Origin: Candidatus Magasanikbacteria bacterium RIFOXYC2_FULL_42_28
Lineage (GTDB): Bacteria; Patescibacteriota; Patescibacteriia; Magasanikbacterales; GWA2-37-8
Reading direction: 5' to 3'
Length of the DNA: 64,000 nt
Assembly (NCBI GenBank): GCA_001784435.1
Contig: MFQZ01000001.1
Span: forward strand, 82,340 to 146,339
This document shows positions 51,500 through 59,025 of this stretch, piece after piece (positions within the stretch are counted from its first letter, which is position 1; every line of letters begins with the position of its first letter). Position numbers and translations under genes: made by a program. The notes below the pieces were generated by a model. It searched no databases and had not been told where the DNA came from. It was given only the letters and a program-made list of their open reading frames with translations.

Positions 51500-51510
51500 A
51501 ATAAAATATA

Positions 51511-51541
51511 AATAAATAGCACTGGTTAAGTGCTATTTATT
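51511..51541. promoter_or_regulatory. 13-bp perfect inverted repeat (terminator or operator)
   Basis: AATAAATAGCACT-ggtta-AGTGCTATTTATT, overlapping the -10/TSS region. Confidence 0.55.
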
Positions 51542-51567
51542 ATACTAAAATTTGATAGAAAGGTCAA
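51539..51567 (-). promoter_or_regulatory. Sigma70 promoter for ligase-gmd-fcl
   Basis: TTGACC-17 bp-TATAAT. Confidence 0.7.
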
Positions 51568-51632
51568 CCGGCTAACCCTCAACCGGCTAACCCTCAACCG
51601 GCTAACCCTCAACCGGCTAACCCTCAACCGGC
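51564..51632. repeat. Perfect 15-bp tandem repeat, 4.6 copies
   Basis: (TCAACCGGCTAACCC)x4 plus TCAACCGGC. Confidence 0.95.
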
Positions 51633-54600
51633 GCCCACTCCATCGGACTCACCTGCTTATTAACATTCACATAATTTTCCGCGCTCGTATTTTCAAGATG
51701 ATACGGATACCAGGGATTAATACCAGTCGCGCGCAAACCATAATCCAAATTTTGGAATAGAACATTGTCCAGCCACAACTCCCCGCTCAACATTTTGATG
51801 CCGGCAGTTTCAAAAGACGGTTTGGAATTGTGCCCCAAAATACTATCGGCTATTCTGACCTCGCCACTATTGATTTGAATGGCGTTACTCGGAGACCGAC
51901 TATCTAAAACCTGAACATTGTTTAAGGTTACATTGCTGTCACTCACGATAATAGTGCCATTGCCGGCCTGGTCTTCGGTCGTGCTTAAATTGCCTTCGGT
52001 CAAAAGGACATTATTCAAAGTCCCGCTCGCGCTCATAAATTTCAAATTACCCCAATTTTGGCCGGAAGAAATCGGTAAAAATTTAACCGGCGCTTCGGCT
52101 GTGCCATTCACAATTAATTCGCCATAAACTGTAATATCGGCATATTTTGCCAAACGCACCTCTACGCCGGCCTCAATCGTCAAAACCGCGCCGTCATCTA
52201 TTGTCAAAGAATTTAAATTAAATTGCGCGCCCGTTGACCAAGTGATGGCGGTGGTAATGTGCGGTGCGTTCACATACACCGCATCCGTGGCATTATTTTC
52301 AAATGTCACACCGGTAATGACCAGCCAAATATCGTTGGCCTCAATCGGACCATTGGCTGAAGAAAATTCGCTAATTTTCCCACCCGATACGGCCAAACTG
52401 CCATCATCAGCATCTATCGCCAAAACACCGGAAGAAAAATCGCTGTTTGATATGTCCAAATTCGCGTTATCGCCATAAATAGTGGTGTCGCCATTTAAAG
52501 AAAAAGTGGAACTGCTAATTGTTAAATCAATATCTTGCACCCAAATTGCTTTGCTTACTTTTGGATCCCACATTCCACTCCCCGGTTCTTTAAATTCATA
52601 ACCGGCATAGCGCATGTCTAAACCGTTGATATTACTAATCGAGCCGGGATAAAACATTATCCCCTGCCAATCCTTGGCCAGTGGCAAACCGGCATCGTAA
52701 TCACCAATTAATTCGTTTAAAATATCACTTTCAAAGCTTTGGTCGCGACCCGATGTGAGCACGGCCGGAGTGTTAGTCGCGTTGACAATAAACTCACCGT
52801 AAATTTTAAAGTTAGAGACAAAATCATTGCTTTTGATAACCGCGCCGGAATCAATAATCAATTTTTTGCCGGCCTTAACAGTATAACCACTTAACAAATA
52901 TGGACTGTTGGAGGCGGTCAAAATTACTTCATCCTCATCTTGATTGCCAAATAAAGCCAACCCGCGACTATTGTCGGATTTAGGTGAGCCGTAAATTTTG
53001 CCACCGTTAGCAGTGCGTGGCAAATAACGCGGACCTTGATTATTTTGCCAATTGTTAGGGTCGCTGGAAGACGCATATTCGCTTAATCGTTCCAGCGAAC
53101 GATACTCATCACCGCCACCGGCAAACCAACCGGCCGACGCGTCCACACTATCCACTACTTCGCCACTCGGGGCGACTAATTCCACCAGAGCGCCGGCATT
53201 GTTTAATCCACCAAAAAGCGAAAAGACGGCGTCGGCTGCGACAGCTTTAACAGTGTCATCGTTCGTGCGTTCCAATAAATAATAGCCACGCGCCGGAATA
53301 GTGAGGTTTTTAGTTTTGGAACTGATGATACTAAAATTCACTCCGTTTGAACGTAACAGCCAACGGTCAGTGCCGGTCCAAGCAAAAGTTACCGGCTCAT
53401 CGGTGGTGTTATATAATTCCAGCCATTCATTGTTGGCATGGCCGGAATCAGTGCCGGCCCAAGCGATTTCGTTGATAATAATGTCGGCGACCGGGACGGG
53501 TGGGGGTGGCGATTCAGGAGTAGAAGTGATAGTAGTACCACTATCGGTAGTGGTGGAAACACTAGGGGTAGTGGTTGTGGTGTCGGGGGTGGTGGTGGGG
53601 GTGTCTGGTGTGGATGTAGATGTTTCGGGTGTGGAGGTGGTGGTATCGGGGGTGGTGGTAGAAATATCAGGAGTAGAGGTGGTATCGTTAAGGGATCCCT
53701 CGACTTCGCTCGGGATGACAGTGGTGGTGGTGCTGGTGTCTGGGGTTGAAGAGGTTGTTTCGGGGGTGGTCGTGAAATTATCGTTAAGGGATTCCTCCAC
53801 TTCGCTCCCTCCGGTCGCTTCGGTCGGAATGACAGCCGACGGTGGCGATGAACCGCCACCGCCTCCTCCGCCATAATATATAGTAGGCGGTGGATTATTG
53901 ACAATCGGAGTAATTGGCACAACCGGGCTTACAGGCACTGTCGCGGGCGCCACAATAGGTTCTACAACCGGGTTAGGAGCAGATGGCTGGGTAGGTAGCG
54001 AAGTCGGTTGCGGAGCAACTTGGGGTTTGCTTACCGGGCTTGGGGCTGGTGGCAACGGCTGGCTTTCCCCCTCCTGCCCGAGGAGGGGGCGAGGGGGCGG
54101 TGGGAGCGACACAATACCGGGCGAAGATAATTCACCCAACGCTTCCGCCCCGACCGATTCGCCACCGGTGCCTTTAATTTTATCCCAAATATCTTTAGCT
54201 TTGTTAACCAGTCCGGCCACGACCGTGTCCCACATCCCTTTGGGGTTGATATAAATTAAAGGAACTTTGTCATGCACTTCTTCGGATTCGGCCTGTTCAA
54301 TAAATAATCGGATCACGCCGGCGGTGTAGCCGACGGCTTTAGGTAATAGGTTTTGGGAGTAGGAGGTGAGGACGGTGTCATCATCTACTAGACATACAAA
54401 ATCATCAAATTTATTTTTTAACACATCTTGCCAAGTATTTATACGGGGATCACGACACACCAAACTATTAGATAAATTTTTATTGACTTTAAATTTATAA
54501 TATCCCTTGCCAATCGTCTGATATTGATCAAACAAATCTGCCACCGAAGGATATTTATAACTATCTATATCAATCGTATCATCACTATAAAAATTCCCAT

Positions 54601-55237
54601 TAGAAAATTTGGCTACACTGTCAAATGCGCCATCTAACGAATCCACTTTTTGAAATTGTGATAATTTTTTAATTTCCGGCACTAATTTTTCCCAATTATT
54701 TTTTACAAACTGTTCGTAAGAATCCCCGGTTGGGTGCGGGTCATCGCGCGTATGCGCCGGCACGCTCGCGTCCGCAATTAAGTGCAGGGTATGGCCAAGA
54801 GTAATAAAGGCGTCTTTGGCATTGGCTTTATAATAATATAAAAACGCTTTTTGCCAGGAATTATCACCCATTGAAAAATTTTGCTGGTTAAACGGGTCTT
54901 GCGCCCATTTTTTAGAAGATTGATAGCGGAAATTGTTAAATAGTAATCCGCGGTCATTGACCGGATCATAAAAATGATTAAGCCAGCGCGTGGGGGTGTC
55001 TTCTTCAATCGCTCCCTGTTTCATCCAGCCAATTTGTTCAGCGGTTAAATCCGGATTAAATTTAGCGTTATACACTTGCGCCGCTAATTCCACGATATTG
55101 GGATGAGCGATATTTTGGTCATAGCCCAAAGCTTGTTCAGCGCCAAACCAGCGGTCCGCGCCAAAAATACCAAATAAAAACAAAAAAATAGCGACAATAG
55201 TCGCGTATAACGCTACTTTTCCCCTCCTTGATAACAT
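51617..55237 (-). CDS. Secreted multidomain protein: Zn-dependent phospholipase C/S1-P1-like domain, Pro/Thr linker, lamin-tail domain, beta-helix
   Basis: Signal-like N-terminus; NHFYDP, HLIADASVPAH, PH..YE; IIINEIAWAGT..NEWLELYN; parallel beta-helix-type repeats. Confidence 0.75.
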   Translation of the reverse strand: MLSRRGKVALYATIVAIFLFLFGIFGADRWFGAEQALGYDQNIAHPNIVELAAQVYNAKFNPDLTAEQIGWMKQGAIEEDTPTRWLNHFYDPVNDRGLLFNNFRYQSSKKWAQDPFNQQNFSMGDNSWQKAFLYYYKANAKDAFITLGHTLHLIADASVPAHTRDDPHPTGDSYEQFVKNNWEKLVPEIKKLSQFQKVDSLDGAFDSVAKFSNGNFYSDDTIDIDSYKYPSVADLFDQYQTIGKGYYKFKVNKNLSNSLVCRDPRINTWQDVLKNKFDDFVCLVDDDTVLTSYSQNLLPKAVGYTAGVIRLFIEQAESEEVHDKVPLIYINPKGMWDTVVAGLVNKAKDIWDKIKGTGGESVGAEALGELSSPGIVSLPPPPRPLLGQEGESQPLPPAPSPVSKPQVAPQPTSLPTQPSAPNPVVEPIVAPATVPVSPVVPITPIVNNPPPTIYYGGGGGGGSSPPSAVIPTEATGGSEVEESLNDNFTTTPETTSSTPDTSTTTTVIPSEVEGSLNDTTSTPDISTTTPDTTTSTPETSTSTPDTPTTTPDTTTTTPSVSTTTDSGTTITSTPESPPPPVPVADIIINEIAWAGTDSGHANNEWLELYNTTDEPVTFAWTGTDRWLLRSNGVNFSIISSKTKNLTIPARGYYLLERTNDDTVKAVAADAVFSLFGGLNNAGALVELVAPSGEVVDSVDASAGWFAGGGDEYRSLERLSEYASSSDPNNWQNNQGPRYLPRTANGGKIYGSPKSDNSRGLALFGNQDEDEVILTASNSPYLLSGYTVKAGKKLIIDSGAVIKSNDFVSNFKIYGEFIVNATNTPAVLTSGRDQSFESDILNELIGDYDAGLPLAKDWQGIMFYPGSISNINGLDMRYAGYEFKEPGSGMWDPKVSKAIWVQDIDLTISSSTFSLNGDTTIYGDNANLDISNSDFSSGVLAIDADDGSLAVSGGKISEFSSANGPIEANDIWLVITGVTFENNATDAVYVNAPHITTAITWSTGAQFNLNSLTIDDGAVLTIEAGVEVRLAKYADITVYGELIVNGTAEAPVKFLPISSGQNWGNLKFMSASGTLNNVLLTEGNLSTTEDQAGNGTIIVSDSNVTLNNVQVLDSRSPSNAIQINSGEVRIADSILGHNSKPSFETAGIKMLSGELWLDNVLFQNLDYGLRATGINPWYPYHLENTSAENYVNVNKQVSPMEWAPVEG
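53688..53720. repeat. REP-like element in frame within the CDS
   Basis: TTAAGGGATCCCTCGACTTCGCTCGGGATGACA, translated as VIPSEVEGSL. Confidence 0.7.
53784..53834. repeat. Long variant of the REP-like element, in frame within the CDS
   Basis: TTAAGGGATTCCTCCACTTCGCTCCCTCCGGTCGCTTCGGTCGGAATGACA, translated as VIPTEATGGSEVEESL. Confidence 0.65.
54067..54101. repeat. Second-type hairpin element within the CDS
   Basis: CCCCCTCCT-gcccg-AGGAGGGGG plus a G-rich tail, translated as PPPRPLLGQEG. Confidence 0.5.
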
Positions 55238-55257
55238 ATGCCCCTCCTTTTAAAAAT

Positions 55258-55773
55258 TTAAAGCGATTTAATTAACCAGATGCCTTCGGAATTTTTTTCA
55301 AAAGAAATAACACCGGCGACATTCTTACCATCTCTTTCTACAAAATAATCATACGATGCAAGTGTGTCACCAATAAAATTACCCTTAATCTCTCTATCCA
55401 AATCCCCCACCATCATCCCCATCTCCCCTTTAGCTTTCACTCGTTCCAAACCCGCTTTCATCTCCGCCCAGTCCCCTTTCGCAAAACAACATTCCACCGC
55501 GCCGTCCAGATCATTGGCTTTTAATTTTTCCACAAACATTTTATGCGTCTCCACCGGTGTGCGCGTCGTGGCTACATCCACATTTAAATATTGCGGATAT
55601 AATTTATTTAATTCTTCAATACTATAGTCCGAATACGGAAAAGTCGCCCGCGCCGTCCCCGCTTCCACCCGACGCTGTTTGCCCAAAAACCAAGCATAAA
55701 AACCAAAAATCAAAATTAGAATAAATAAAAAAAACGCTGTTGAAAACAACGCGAATTTAAGTGAACGAGACAT
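55258..55773 (-). CDS. Membrane-anchored hypothetical protein
   Basis: N-terminal TM helix; TPVETHKMFVEKLKANDLDGAVECCF..GIWLIKSL (NTF2-like pattern). Confidence 0.65.
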   Translation of the reverse strand: MSRSLKFALFSTAFFLFILILIFGFYAWFLGKQRRVEAGTARATFPYSDYSIEELNKLYPQYLNVDVATTRTPVETHKMFVEKLKANDLDGAVECCFAKGDWAEMKAGLERVKAKGEMGMMVGDLDREIKGNFIGDTLASYDYFVERDGKNVAGVISFEKNSEGIWLIKSL

Positions 55774-55837
55774 AGAAAATAAAAATATTTTTTAAAAAAT
55801 ATCCTGACTGGCAGGACACTTCAACCCCCTTACGATT

Positions 55838-55883
55838 ATTATATCACAAAAAACTTTTACCGGCCATTTCTGCCTGTGGATAA
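55838..55883 (-). promoter_or_regulatory. Extended -10 promoter plus DnaA box
   Basis: TGaTATAAT (-10 at 55838-55843); TGTGGATAA at 55875-55883. Confidence 0.55.
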
Positions 55884-55885
55884 CT

Positions 55886-56296
55886 CTAAGCCAGTTGCGC
55901 GAATGGTTCCATTGAAACCAGCGACTTCAAGTCCTGATCGCTGATTAATTTTCGTTTGTGCAAAATTTCAGCCAAAGTTTTCACTTTGGTATCTTCTTTG
56001 CGCATCATCACTACTAAATCACCGCGCAAATCCGCTAATTTATCGTCAAGATAATCTTTGGTTACCATAAGCGACTCAACTCGAGTCAGTCGCTTCTCTA
56101 TTACGTCAAAGCGTTTGTCAACTCCGTCAAAACGCTTATCAACCCCATCGAAACGTTGATCCACTTTGGTGGCAAACAACTGCACCGCTTCCGCCAATTC
56201 ATTGACAGTCCCCAAAACTTCCTCGTTGCTTTTCTTTATGGATCCGACAACATTAATAAGATGATTTATTTTATCGTCTTGTTTATTTTTTGGCAT
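55886..56296 (-). CDS. Heptad-repeat coiled-coil protein
   Basis: VDQRFDG-VDKRFDG-VDKRFDV-IEKRLTR, then MVTKDYLD. Confidence 0.7.
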   Translation of the reverse strand: MPKNKQDDKINHLINVVGSIKKSNEEVLGTVNELAEAVQLFATKVDQRFDGVDKRFDGVDKRFDVIEKRLTRVESLMVTKDYLDDKLADLRGDLVVMMRKEDTKVKTLAEILHKRKLISDQDLKSLVSMEPFAQLA

Positions 56297-56333
56297 ACGA
56301 TAAATTTAAAAAAATAAATTTTTAGGTAAATTA

Positions 56334-56363
56334 ACTATATCATACGAACAGGCGGTGTGTCAA
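56334..56363 (-). promoter_or_regulatory. Sigma70 promoter of the coiled-coil gene
   Basis: TTGACA-18 bp-TATAGT with an extended TG. Confidence 0.6.
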
Positions 56364-56395
56364 TTTTTCCAAAATTAGTCCCGCAATTCCCCCTA

Positions 56396-56452
56396 AACAA
56401 AAACAACCGCGAGTTTTAATCGCGATTGTTTTGCCTCCTCCTCTTTCAATGC
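56396..56452 (-). ncRNA. Candidate ~55-nt small RNA (or empty expression cassette)
   Basis: TGcTATAAT at 56457-56465, then GAAAGAGGAGGAGG, then a 13-bp hairpin (56400-56432) with U-tract; no start codon. Confidence 0.35.
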
Positions 56453-56492
56453 AACCATTATAGCACAAAAAATCATTGTCAACAATATAATC

Positions 56493-56501
56493 TGTGGATA
56501 A
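56493..56501 (-). promoter_or_regulatory. DnaA-box consensus
   Basis: TGTGGATAA on the + strand. Confidence 0.6.
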
Positions 56502-56508
56502 GTTTACT

Positions 56509-56541
56509 AAAAACCCAAAGGACCACCGCAGTGGTCCTTTG
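56509..56541 (-). terminator. Intrinsic terminator after the PG-binding protein gene
   Basis: CAAAGGACCAC-tgcg-GTGGTCCTTTG followed by GGTTTTT. Confidence 0.75.
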
Positions 56542-56562
56542 TCTCGCAACTTTAATTTATTT

Positions 56563-58779
56563 TTAGAGCGCGTTCAAAGCGGAGCGGGTGCCTGGGCCAA
56601 CGAAGCCCGGGAACGGTTTCAAGTCGCGGTCTTTTTGGAATTTGACCACGGCGGCTTTGGTGGCCGGACCAAAGTTACCATTCGGGGTAACCGTGAAGTA
56701 TCCCAAGTCCTTTAATTTCTGTTGTAAGGCCTTGACCGCGGCGCTATTATTGCCAGGATACAAATTGGTACTAAATACATACCCGGTTGTAACCGACGCG
56801 GGCGCTACCGTCGCCGGAGCAGGAGTAGAAACAGGAGCAGAACCGCTACCTAAAGCAGATCTGGTAGCCGAATCCAACTTTCCGCTGGCCGTAAGGCCAT
56901 TGGCTTTCTGATAAGCGATTAAGGCATTTTTGGTAACATTGCCAAAGTAATTGGTAATGGTCGGATAAACAAAGTGACCGGAATCTTTTAATGCTTTTTG
57001 TAATTCACGGACTTCATTGCCGACTGAACCGACGCCCAAATTTTTGGTAAAGTTATATGATACTGATGCCGTCGGAGCGGGCGTGCTGGCCACGAAACCG
57101 CTGTTTAAAACCGCTCGGGTAGCCGAATCCAACTGTCCGCTAGTCGTAAGGCCATTGGCTTGTTGATAAGCGATTAGCGCGTTTTTGGTAACATTGCCAA
57201 AGTAGCCGGTAATGGTCGGGTAAGTGAAGTGGCCGGAATCTTTTAATGCTTTTTGTAATTCGCGGACTTCTGTGCCGACCGAACCGACAACTAAATTCTT
57301 GGTAAAGTTATAGGAAATGACCGGCACTACTGGGGTGGTTACAACAACTGACGGCGCCACAACTTCTGCTGGCGTGGTGGCAGGAACCGCAGGTGTAACA
57401 ACCGGAACCGGGGTTACAACTACTGGAGTGGGGACAACAACTATCGGAGTTACTGACGGACTCGGACTGCCTCCTCCGCCACTTCCTCCGCCACCACAAG
57501 CGGCGGTTGTGCCACTAACAGAAGAGGCCCAGTCGGTTTCCACACCGTCACCGTTGCGCCCCTTCGCTCTGAATGTATAAGCGGTGGCACAAGATAAGCC
57601 GGTGGATGAGAATGATGCCGTACTGACCCAACCAGAATTAGTGCCGGCAGTAGTATTTTCAGCGTAATCCGTAGTAGCCGGACTGGACCAAGTCGCGGTA
57701 AGATGATTGTTGTCGTTTACAGTAATAGCAAGAGTGGTCGGAACCGATGTTAAAGTATATGAATTTAAAGCCGCACTGTAAGCCGCGGTGGACACACCAT
57801 CAGCGTTCCGTCCTAATACTTTAATGGTGTGAGCAGTGTTCGTGGCTAAACCAGTCGTGGTAGTGGCACTGCCACCGCCTAATTGAGCATAGGTAAGCCA
57901 AGCGGTTGAAGACGCGCCCCAGGTGCCACCAACTTGTAAGGCGACATCTTGAGCAGAGTCATATACCAAGTAGGTGGTAGCGGCGTTGTCAGCTCCAAGG
58001 GTAATAGTTAAGGTGGTAGCAGCGGTGGAAGTGACGGCGACGGGGGTGTTGGGGGTGGCGGCGAGGGTATATGAACTGGCCGATGAACTGTAGGCAGTAT
58101 TTATTCCCTGTCCGTTTCTGGCTAAAACCTTAATAGTATGAGCAGTATTAGTTGCCACACCGGTCGTGGTAGTAGCGGAACCGGCGCCAAGTTGGGAATA
58201 GGTCAACCAGCCGGTTGATGACGCACCCCAAGTACCGTCCGCCTGAATGGCCACATCCTGCACTGAATCGTAAACCAAAAAAGTAGTGCTAGCCGTGGTT
58301 GGGTTAGTGGCGGCATCTATTGTAACATTTAAAGTGGTCGCGCCCGTACTCGTTACTGTCGGCGTGCCAGGTGGCGTAGCCAAAGTAAAGCCGGCCACCA
58401 AAGTGGTGGTTGCCGGATCGCCGGTGCCACCGGTCGCAATCACTTGAAACCAATAAAGAGTATTGGTGGCCAAATCGGTAACAGCAAAAGAATCAGTTGT
58501 CGTGGCAATTGACGAACTAACTGTTGTTGGGTAGGTTGCACCATCAGTTGACTGCAATATAGTGTAAGTTGCTTCATCCCCGGCCAAAGCGCCGTTGGTC
58601 CAATGCAAAGTCATACCAACAGTGGTGGTGGTATCGGAGAAAAGAGCCGTTACCGGATCATTGGCCGCGGAAGCAGTTTGTATTCCTAAAAATAAAAAAG
58701 CGAAAGCGAATAATATCGCCACCGTAAAAACCGGCAAATTAAAAAGCCAATTTTGTTTCCATCCTTTTGAAAACAACAT
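56563..58779 (-). CDS. Secreted FN3-like repeat protein with three C-terminal peptidoglycan-binding domains
   Basis: Signal peptide (ASAA); LATNTLYWFQVIA, VATNTAHTIKVLA and LSCATAYTFRAKG repeats; VRELQKALK..ITGYFGNVTKNALIAYQ x2 and a third variant. Confidence 0.8.
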   Translation of the reverse strand: MLFSKGWKQNWLFNLPVFTVAILFAFAFLFLGIQTASAANDPVTALFSDTTTTVGMTLHWTNGALAGDEATYTILQSTDGATYPTTVSSSIATTTDSFAVTDLATNTLYWFQVIATGGTGDPATTTLVAGFTLATPPGTPTVTSTGATTLNVTIDAATNPTTASTTFLVYDSVQDVAIQADGTWGASSTGWLTYSQLGAGSATTTTGVATNTAHTIKVLARNGQGINTAYSSSASSYTLAATPNTPVAVTSTAATTLTITLGADNAATTYLVYDSAQDVALQVGGTWGASSTAWLTYAQLGGGSATTTTGLATNTAHTIKVLGRNADGVSTAAYSAALNSYTLTSVPTTLAITVNDNNHLTATWSSPATTDYAENTTAGTNSGWVSTASFSSTGLSCATAYTFRAKGRNGDGVETDWASSVSGTTAACGGGGSGGGGSPSPSVTPIVVVPTPVVVTPVPVVTPAVPATTPAEVVAPSVVVTTPVVPVISYNFTKNLVVGSVGTEVRELQKALKDSGHFTYPTITGYFGNVTKNALIAYQQANGLTTSGQLDSATRAVLNSGFVASTPAPTASVSYNFTKNLGVGSVGNEVRELQKALKDSGHFVYPTITNYFGNVTKNALIAYQKANGLTASGKLDSATRSALGSGSAPVSTPAPATVAPASVTTGYVFSTNLYPGNNSAAVKALQQKLKDLGYFTVTPNGNFGPATKAAVVKFQKDRDLKPFPGFVGPGTRSALNAL
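56863..57312. repeat. Intragenic ~195-bp direct duplication of the PG-binding domain
   Basis: 56863-57057 and 57118-57312 are highly similar at DNA level. Confidence 0.85.
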
Positions 58780-58792
58780 AAATTTTAAATTA

Positions 58793-58822
58793 TCCGCCAG
58801 AGGCGGACCCGCCTTGGGCGGG
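58793..58822. repeat. Tandem CCGCC-nnn-GGCGG mini-hairpins in the 5' UTR
   Basis: TCCGCC-aga-GGCGGA then CCCGCC-ttg-GGCGGG. Confidence 0.7.
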
Positions 58823-58854
58823 AAGATTTTGATAAAATGGATTCATCTTTAAAT

Positions 58855-58908
58855 AGTATACCACATTTTTGCAAATAAAAAAAATCGTCAAGTCAAACCT
58901 GTGGATAA
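58855..58908 (-). promoter_or_regulatory. Extended -10 promoter plus DnaA box
   Basis: TGgTATACT (-10 at 58855-58860); TGTGGATAA at 58900-58908. Confidence 0.55.
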
Positions 58909-58938
58909 CTTTTTTAAAATAACTTTTTATCACACCGC

Positions 58939-58979
58939 AAAAAAACAAAACCCCCTCTGCTTTTTACAGCAGAGGGGGT
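58939..58979 (-). terminator. Intrinsic terminator of the S-layer-like gene
   Basis: ACCCCCTCTGCT-gtaaaa-AGCAGAGGGGGT followed by TTTGTTTTTTT. Confidence 0.88.
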
Positions 58980-59025
58980 GCGAAAGTAACTAAATTACTT
59001 TCCAGCAACTAACAACTAAACTGTT

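Noticed and set aside
51564-51632. Possible CRISPR array or telomere-like repeat (contains GGGTTAG)
   Set aside because: Units abut with no spacers, no cas genes are present, and the unit equals the 3' end of the adjacent CDS
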